Positions 57,691 through 64,000 of a stretch of 64,000 nucleotides of DNA are shown piece by piece. A model generated the notes under the pieces. The model saw nothing but the letters and a program-made list of their open reading frames with translations, was not told where the DNA came from and did no database searches. Both the position numbers and the translations under genes were made by a program. Numbering within the stretch: position 1 is the stretch's first letter; each line of letters begins with the position of its first letter. The DNA comes from an uncultured Acetatifactor sp. (GTDB lineage: Bacteria; Bacillota; Clostridia; Lachnospirales; Lachnospiraceae): assembly GCA_910584435.1 (NCBI GenBank), contig CAJUAP010000017.1:222-64221 (forward strand), in the 5' to 3' direction.

Positions 57691-59910
57691 ATGAGGATTT
57701 TACTTTTGTTAAGGGGATCGGCAGGCTGTGGAAAGTCCACGTGGATTGCACAGCATGGGTTAAAGCAGTATGCTTTGGCGGCGGATGATATCAGGATTAT
57801 GTGCCAGAGCCCGATTCTGCAGGCGGACGCAACGGTGGGTATCAGCCAGAGCAATGACAATTTTGTATGGAAGACCTTGTTCAGCATCTTGGAGGTCAGG
57901 ATGCAGAGGGGGGATTTTACTGTAATTGACGCTACCAACTCCAAGACCGCCGAGATGAATCGGTATAAAGAAATGTGTGAAACTTACAGGTACCGGATAT
58001 ACTGTGTGGATTTTACCGATATTCCAATCGAAGAAGTAAAGAGAAGGAATGCGGAACGGGAAGAGTATAAGAGGGTTCCTGAGAAAGCAATTGACACCAT
58101 GTACGCAAGGTTTGCCACCCAGAAGATTCCATCCGGAATTAAGGTGCTGAAGCCGGACGAACTGGACAGTATATGGCTGAAAAAGTTTGATATGTCTGCG
58201 TACAAGAAGGTACATCATATCGGTGATGTCCATGGATGCAATACGGCTCTGCAGAAATACTTAGAGGACAACGGGGGCATCAGGGATGACGAGATGTACA
58301 TATTTGTAGGAGACTATATTGACCGGGGCATTGAAAATGCGGAAGTCATTCGATTTCTGCTTTCCATTATGGATAGGAAGAATGTGCTTATGCTTGAGGG
58401 CAATCATGAGAGATGGCTGTGGCTGTGGGCAAATGATTGTGTGGGCAGATCCCAGGAGTTTGAGACGGTGACAAAACCTGTGCTGGAAGCAGCGGGCATC
58501 AGCAAGAAGAGCGTAAGGCAGCTGTACCGGAAATTCGGACAGTGCGCTTACTATCAATATGGCGATAATACCTACCTGGTTACTCATGCAGGATTAAGTA
58601 CTCTGCCGGAGAATTTATCTTTTGTGGCAACGGAACAGATGATAAAGGGTGCCGGGAATTATAATGATTCCGATGCGGTTGCGGAAGCCTTTTTTGATAC
58701 TACGCCGGAACATTGTTATCAGATTCACGGACACCGCAATCTCAGGCAAATGCCCATTATGGTAAATGACAGGGTGTTTAATCTTGAGGGGCAGGTGGAA
58801 TATGGAGGCTGTCTGCGCTGTGTTCAGGTGGATGCAGAAGGAATTCACTGTGTTGAAGTAAAGAATGACGTGTTTAAGACACCGGAAATGGAAGAGGAAG
58901 ACACAGTGGAACAGGGCAGTCGGCCGGCGGCAGATGTCCCTGTGGAGGATGTGATTGTGTCCCTGCGCCGTAACAGATATATTCAGGAGAAGAAATTCGG
59001 CAATATTTCCTCCTTCAATTACACGGATAAGGCATTTGAGGATAGAATCTGGGACGGGCAGACTACGAAGGCCAGGGGGTTATACCTGGATACGGTGAAG
59101 AATCAGGTGGTGGCCCGGTCATATGATAAATTTTTCAATATCAATGAGCGCCCGGAGACGAAGTTTGACCTGCTGCAGCATAGGCTTCAATTTCCTGTGG
59201 CCGCCTATGTGAAAGAAAACGGCTTCCTGGGGATTGTCAGCTATAACGAATACGAGGATAAGCTTTTTGCGGCCAGCAAGTCCACCATAGACAGCCAGTA
59301 TGCGCAGTGGTTTCAGCAGATGCTGGAGGCAAAGGTGTCTGAGGAGAACCGGGAGAAAATAAAGCTTTACTGTAAGGAAAACCAGGTATCCTTTGTATTC
59401 GAGTGTGTGGATATGGTGCATGATCCTCACATTATCGAGTATCCGGAGAGCGGTGTGTATCTGTTGGATATTGTGCATAATTCCATGAGGTTTGCCAAAT
59501 ATGAATATGATGCCATGTGCCATGTGGCGAGCCGGTTTGGATTGACTGTCAAGGAGAAAGCCTTTGAATTGGCCAATTGGCAGGAGTTCTACGATTGGTA
59601 TTATGATATTACGCAGGATGAGTATGAATATGAAGGGCGTAAAATCGAAGGGTTTGTCATTGAGGACAGCACCGGTTATATGACGAAGCTGAAACTGGCC
59701 TACTATAACTTCTGGAAATATATGAGGAGTGTGTCCAGGGAGGCAATCAGGAAGGGATACATCAGCAGAACGTCCTCGCTCACCACGCCGCTGGCAAATG
59801 AATATTATGCATGGGTCAGAAAGCTTCATGATGCGGAGGATGTGAACCAGGTGCCGAAGGATATCTGTTCCCTGAGGAAGATGTTCTATCAGGATAAAAT
59901 GGCAAAGTGA
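57691..59910 (+). CDS. polynucleotide kinase-phosphoesterase-RNA ligase (Pnkp-like, three domains)
   Basis: P-loop GSAGCGKS and VIDATN; metallophosphoesterase GDVHG, GDYIDRG, GNHE and HGH; ligase KFFN, KENG, FE, EGFVI and KLK. Confidence 0.88.
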   Translation: MRILLLLRGSAGCGKSTWIAQHGLKQYALAADDIRIMCQSPILQADATVGISQSNDNFVWKTLFSILEVRMQRGDFTVIDATNSKTAEMNRYKEMCETYRYRIYCVDFTDIPIEEVKRRNAEREEYKRVPEKAIDTMYARFATQKIPSGIKVLKPDELDSIWLKKFDMSAYKKVHHIGDVHGCNTALQKYLEDNGGIRDDEMYIFVGDYIDRGIENAEVIRFLLSIMDRKNVLMLEGNHERWLWLWANDCVGRSQEFETVTKPVLEAAGISKKSVRQLYRKFGQCAYYQYGDNTYLVTHAGLSTLPENLSFVATEQMIKGAGNYNDSDAVAEAFFDTTPEHCYQIHGHRNLRQMPIMVNDRVFNLEGQVEYGGCLRCVQVDAEGIHCVEVKNDVFKTPEMEEEDTVEQGSRPAADVPVEDVIVSLRRNRYIQEKKFGNISSFNYTDKAFEDRIWDGQTTKARGLYLDTVKNQVVARSYDKFFNINERPETKFDLLQHRLQFPVAAYVKENGFLGIVSYNEYEDKLFAASKSTIDSQYAQWFQQMLEAKVSEENREKIKLYCKENQVSFVFECVDMVHDPHIIEYPESGVYLLDIVHNSMRFAKYEYDAMCHVASRFGLTVKEKAFELANWQEFYDWYYDITQDEYEYEGRKIEGFVIEDSTGYMTKLKLAYYNFWKYMRSVSREAIRKGYISRTSSLTTPLANEYYAWVRKLHDAEDVNQVPKDICSLRKMFYQDKMAK

Positions 59911-60022
59911 ACCATGCAATGTACCGGATGGCAGTCAGAACCTTTGGCGGCGGCATCCCGAATGTGTTTCACTTTATGTAACTATACATAGAAGGACATA
60001 CATTATGCTGTGAATTTATAGA

Positions 60023-60637
60023 ATGGGAAGATTTTCCGGAAGGGGAGCAAAAGAATCAAAAAGCATACAGGATTTGAGAGATGGAATGAAATTAACAGAT
60101 AGTATCAGGAACTTGAGGGATGTTTTGTCGGATTATGATGTATTTTGCCATGCTGCCGAACAGATTGCATGGATTGACATAGAAGAGCGGCATGAAAGTT
60201 TTTCCGGCAAACAGCCCTTGGGGATTTATTTGAACGGGTATGAGTTTCCCGGGGAGTATATGCGGAAGAACAGGATAGAGGCATATGTCAGGGGCGTCTT
60301 ATCAAGTATTGCATTTTATGAAGAGTGGGAGAAGGATTTCTGGAACATATCTTTGCCAGAGAGAAAATACTGTCTGGAAAAAGGCAGGGCGCTTTATGGA
60401 AGCTACGCCATCCCCAGGGATTTGAGACTGGTGGAGAGGGATTGGAACTATCTAAGAAAGGAAATAGGCTTCTTTGCAGGTGAGGATGCTGTACTGGATT
60501 CGGAATGGAAGCAGTACCTGCAGAGATTTGAAAATGCGGAGGTGATTGAAACCGGGGGATGGGATTCGGCAGATTATGAATACCTGGCGGTAAAAAATGA
60601 CAGTATGCTGCTTGTATCGTGTGGATATTGGGATTGA
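60023..60637 (+). CDS. hypothetical protein
   Basis: 204-aa ORF with acidic/aromatic composition; start uncertain. Confidence 0.6.
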   Translation: MGRFSGRGAKESKSIQDLRDGMKLTDSIRNLRDVLSDYDVFCHAAEQIAWIDIEERHESFSGKQPLGIYLNGYEFPGEYMRKNRIEAYVRGVLSSIAFYEEWEKDFWNISLPERKYCLEKGRALYGSYAIPRDLRLVERDWNYLRKEIGFFAGEDAVLDSEWKQYLQRFENAEVIETGGWDSADYEYLAVKNDSMLLVSCGYWD

Positions 60638-60755
60638 ACCAATATCCTTTTTTATGCGCAGAATCATGTGTAGAAGTTTACCGATAACATTCCGGCGGCC
60701 TGTCTGAACTGTTACGTTTGCTGCTGATGGGCATAGATTTCCATAAAATTTATAT

Positions 60756-60814
60756 TGACAAATGAGACTACTCATGGTAGGCTGTATATAAGGAGAGGCT
60801 ACATAGAGTAGTCT
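60756..60814 (+). promoter_or_regulatory. blaI promoter with paired operator-like palindromes
   Basis: TTGACA at 60756; GACTACTCATGGTAGGC and GGCTACATAGAGTAGTC are mutually inverted CTAC..GTAG boxes. Confidence 0.6.
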
Positions 60815-60882
60815 TATGGGCCGGGATATCAGGAGCAGTATTTCAGGAAAAGATTTTATGGTGAGATTAAGGAGGGCAGATT

Positions 60883-61245
60883 ATGGCAGAAATACAGTTG
60901 GGAGTGATTGAAGCACGTTTTGCGGACATAATATGGGAGCGCCAACCGGTAACTTCATCGGAATTGGTAAAGCTGGCGGCGGAGGCGTTTTCCTGGAAGA
61001 GAACAACGACACATACGGTTTTGAAACGGCTGTGTGATAAGGGGTTATTTGAAAACAACAAGGGAACAGTGACCTGCCTGATTTCACGGCAGCAGTTTTA
61101 CGCGATGCAGAGCAGGAAATTCGTGGAGGATACTTTTGACGGTTCTCTTCCGGCTTTTATTGCCGCGTTTACCAGGGACAATGCATTGACGCCGGAAGAG
61201 GCGGCGGAAATACGCAGAATGATTGACCGCGCAGAGGAGGGATGA
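60883..61245 (+). CDS. BlaI/MecI/CopY family repressor
   Basis: IIW...W.RTTTHTVLKRLCDKG...FDGSLPAFIAAF. Confidence 0.93.
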   Translation: MAEIQLGVIEARFADIIWERQPVTSSELVKLAAEAFSWKRTTTHTVLKRLCDKGLFENNKGTVTCLISRQQFYAMQSRKFVEDTFDGSLPAFIAAFTRDNALTPEEAAEIRRMIDRAEEG

Positions 61246-62651
61246 GGATGGCTGGTATTTTTCTGAAGCTGTTAAATATGAGTATAACTGCAGGATGGCT
61301 GATTATGGCGGTGATTGCGCTGCGGCTGCTATTCAGGAAAGCGCCTAAATGGCTGCCTTGCATTCTCTGGGGCATGGCGGCATTCCGCCTGGTATGTCCG
61401 TTTTCACTGGAAAGCCCATTCAGTCTGGTACCCAGCGCGGAAGCCATAAATCCTGCAATGGTTCAGTATGGAGGTAATCCTGCAGCGGTGCAAGGCATCG
61501 GAAATCCTGTGCCTGATCAGCCAGCCGATAATCCTGCATCTGGCCGGTATGCCGGGGAGCCGGGGATGGAAAGCGGATTCTCTGACAGCGGCAATATGCT
61601 GAATGCTTTGATAAATAAGTATTTTGCTCCGACACCTGGTGACAGTGTGAATCCCCTGTATGTTCTGATGTACCTGGGAGGGATTGTGTGGGTAATTGGC
61701 ATGATTGCCGTACTTGGTTATGGTGTGGTGAGTTTTGGACGGTTATGCTTCAGAGTGAGGGAAGCAGTGCCTGTGCAGGATAATGTCTGGATTTGTGATG
61801 CTGTGAAATCACCGTTTATTCTGGGGGTAATCAGGCCGCGGGTGTATCTTCCTTCCGGCACCGGCGCCGAAGAGGGAAAGTATGTTCTTGCTCATGAACA
61901 GGCCCATTTGAAGCGTAAGGATCACTGGTGGAAGCTTCTGGGGTATTTACTGCTGGCGGTATATTGGTTTCATCCCCTGGTGTGGGCGGCGTATATTTTG
62001 TTTTGCCGGGATATTGAACTTGCCTGTGATGAGAAAACGATAAAATACATGGATATGAAAGAGAAGAAGGCATATTCTGAGGCTTTGCTTGTCTGCAGTA
62101 TGCAGAAGAAACTGATTTTAGCCTCGCCCCTTGCATTCGGCGAGATTGGCATAAAGGAAAGGGTGAAAACGGTGTTACATTATAAGAAACCTGCACTTTG
62201 GATGATTGTGGCAGCAATGGCGGCATGTGCGGTGATGGCGGCATGCTTTTTAACAAATCCGGAAAGAGATGCTTTTGATATTAAAATCGTGATTCCTGCA
62301 GGGAGTGAAGGGGGATTTTATTATTCGGAAGAAGAAATCTCTCCGAACGGAAGCAGAGTTACATTGTCGGCAGGAGAAGGGATTGGCGATACGGAAGTGG
62401 TCTTGTATCCTGTGGACAGGAAGGACGCAGACGAGTATAAACCCGTCTATATGACACCCGGTCTGCCGGTGAAAATGAATGCACAAAAGGGGGCGTGGTT
62501 CAGGGTCGGTGTGAATGCCGATAATGCTTCCAATGAAGATAGAGTTGTGTATGTACGGGTGGAAGGAATAACCGTAAGAATTGCGGATTTGGCTGCAGAT
62601 GGAGGAGCAGAAGATAATATCCCGGGCAATGAGCCGGCGTCTGATGAATAG
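61242..62651 (+). CDS. BlaR1-like M56 metallopeptidase sensor (C-terminus possibly truncated)
   Basis: SPFILG, HEQAH, YWFHPLVW, ELACDE and KERV. Confidence 0.9.
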   Translation: MRMAGIFLKLLNMSITAGWLIMAVIALRLLFRKAPKWLPCILWGMAAFRLVCPFSLESPFSLVPSAEAINPAMVQYGGNPAAVQGIGNPVPDQPADNPASGRYAGEPGMESGFSDSGNMLNALINKYFAPTPGDSVNPLYVLMYLGGIVWVIGMIAVLGYGVVSFGRLCFRVREAVPVQDNVWICDAVKSPFILGVIRPRVYLPSGTGAEEGKYVLAHEQAHLKRKDHWWKLLGYLLLAVYWFHPLVWAAYILFCRDIELACDEKTIKYMDMKEKKAYSEALLVCSMQKKLILASPLAFGEIGIKERVKTVLHYKKPALWMIVAAMAACAVMAACFLTNPERDAFDIKIVIPAGSEGGFYYSEEEISPNGSRVTLSAGEGIGDTEVVLYPVDRKDADEYKPVYMTPGLPVKMNAQKGAWFRVGVNADNASNEDRVVYVRVEGITVRIADLAADGGAEDNIPGNEPASDE

Positions 62652-62960
62652 GATACGGTTGCTTTTGCAGGGGGGATTGTTGAAGACACCATGGAATCCG
62701 TGATGCTTCCGGCCTGGACGTCTCGCTTTCTCAAGCTGTCAGGGATGCCATAGCGGAAGCAAACAGAGGGAAATATCTTCCTGGTGAATGCTGTGGTGTT
62801 GGATACAAAATAATGAAAACATTTTAGGAGGAACTGGAGAAACCAAGACCATTACACGGTAGACTTCCTATATAAGAATCATTGCCATAATCAAGCAGTG
62901 TCAGAGCATACCGAAAATGATTTTCTGAGCGGAAACAGCCCCCCGGAATCTGTCTGCAGT

Positions 62961-63581
62961 TTAACGTATGTGTTCCTGGATATTTTCATCTTCAAAGTCG
63001 AAAACACAGCGTTCATAAGCGTTGATGATATGCGTATCCTGATATTTGTCGTAGCGTTTATGACGCTGGCCGTAATTCATGTGGACATGTCCATGAAGGA
63101 AGAATTTCGGCTTGTACTTTTCCATTAATGTCCGGAAAATTTGAAATCCCTGGTGGGGCAGATCCCGCCCGTCATTGAGCTGATAGGCGGGAGAATGCGT
63201 TACCAGAATGTCAAAGCCGCGTTTGCGGAACAGCTGGAACCATAATTTCTTCACTCTCTGGCGCATCTGCTTCTCAGTATATTGGTTGGTGCCCGGTTTA
63301 TAGCGCATGGAACCGCCAAGCCCCAATATACGGATGCCTTCATGGACATAAATCTGGTCTTCTATACAGGTACAGCCTTCGGGTGGTATCCGTGTGTATT
63401 TATCATCATGATTCCCATGTACATACAGCACCGGAACTGTGGAAAGAGTTACCAGGAAGGACAGGTAGCGTGGATCCAGATCACCGCAGGAGATAATCAG
63501 GTCAATTCCCTCCAGTTTGCTTTTCTCGAAAAAATCCCACAAATATTTAGACTCCACATCCGCCAGCGCCAGTATTCTCAT
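62961..63581 (-). CDS. metallophosphoesterase
   Basis: LAD, CGDL, GNHD, THSP and HGHVH. Confidence 0.9.
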   Translation of the reverse strand: MRILALADVESKYLWDFFEKSKLEGIDLIISCGDLDPRYLSFLVTLSTVPVLYVHGNHDDKYTRIPPEGCTCIEDQIYVHEGIRILGLGGSMRYKPGTNQYTEKQMRQRVKKLWFQLFRKRGFDILVTHSPAYQLNDGRDLPHQGFQIFRTLMEKYKPKFFLHGHVHMNYGQRHKRYDKYQDTHIINAYERCVFDFEDENIQEHIR

Positions 63582-63588
63582 GGGTCAA

Positions 63589-64000
63589 TTATCCTTCCGT
63601 CTGTTTTATTCCCTGCTGCTTCATCACAGGTTCCGCCTGTTCCTTTAGTTCTTCTTTCTTCGGAATGCTTCCGATGACATTTTCCGCCAGCCAATCCATG
63701 GTCATAATCTCTTCCGGCAGCAGACTGCTGTTAGGGTCTGATTTTACTGCCCCTGTCTGGGAGTACAGAATGCCTGCAAAAGGGTTGAAGACGTTAGAGC
63801 TGATGGTGGACTTCAGCAGGTCTACCAGGCGTTTTGTACCAATGGGCAGATACTGTGAGCAGATGACGTCAATCACACCGGAGGACATACCCCACCAGTA
63901 ATTAATTGCCTTGGTTGGATTGTCATCGTACTTCCAGGTGCCATCCATAATGGTCCGAATGAGCTGTTCATAGAACTTTCCCCAATGCCACAGGGGCATG
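63589..64000 (-). CDS. C-terminal part of a BMP-family ABC substrate-binding-like protein (5' end lies beyond the window)
   Basis: WHWGKFY, YWWGMSSGVID and MDWLAENVIG. Confidence 0.75.
   Translation of the reverse strand, partial: MPLWHWGKFYEQLIRTIMDGTWKYDDNPTKAINYWWGMSSGVIDVICSQYLPIGTKRLVDLLKSTISSNVFNPFAGILYSQTGAVKSDPNSSLLPEEIMTMDWLAENVIGSIPKKEELKEQAEPVMKQQGIKQTEG

Overview
Chromosomal window of a Clostridia-class gut anaerobe. Gene content (GerA, YtaF, GH43, TIGR01440, TIGR03905, Rbr) is Lachnospiraceae-like; this is an inference. Most of the window is ordinary chromosome: tRNA-Gly(GCC), murG, luxS-mtnN, an ECF sigma/ABC operon, a GntR/ABC operon, a two-component system, rsmF, rluA and blaI/blaR. 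The main finding is an ~8.56 kb AT-rich integrative element (35684-44299) inserted into the 3' end of a reverse-rubrerythrin gene in a perR-rbr-rubredoxin locus. It has 54-bp direct repeats and AGGACAA arm-type sites. It supplies a recoded rbr 3' end, a terminator, and an outward promoter facing the separated rubredoxin. Its cargo is a tyrosine integrase, an XRE-controlled membrane/zinc-finger operon, a resolvase, two tandem paralogues of unknown function, a WYL regulator behind a perfect 19-bp palindrome, an HTH protein and an HNH nuclease. By manual count it has no GATC and about 65 GCNGC sites. Other points of interest are a three-domain Pnkp/RNA-ligase gene with a long rod-like leader RNA, a vanG-vanT pair lacking vanXY and vanRS, several pseudogene scars, and recurrent tandem duplications that begin at gene stop codons. 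All family calls come from motif recognition by eye; no database searches were run.
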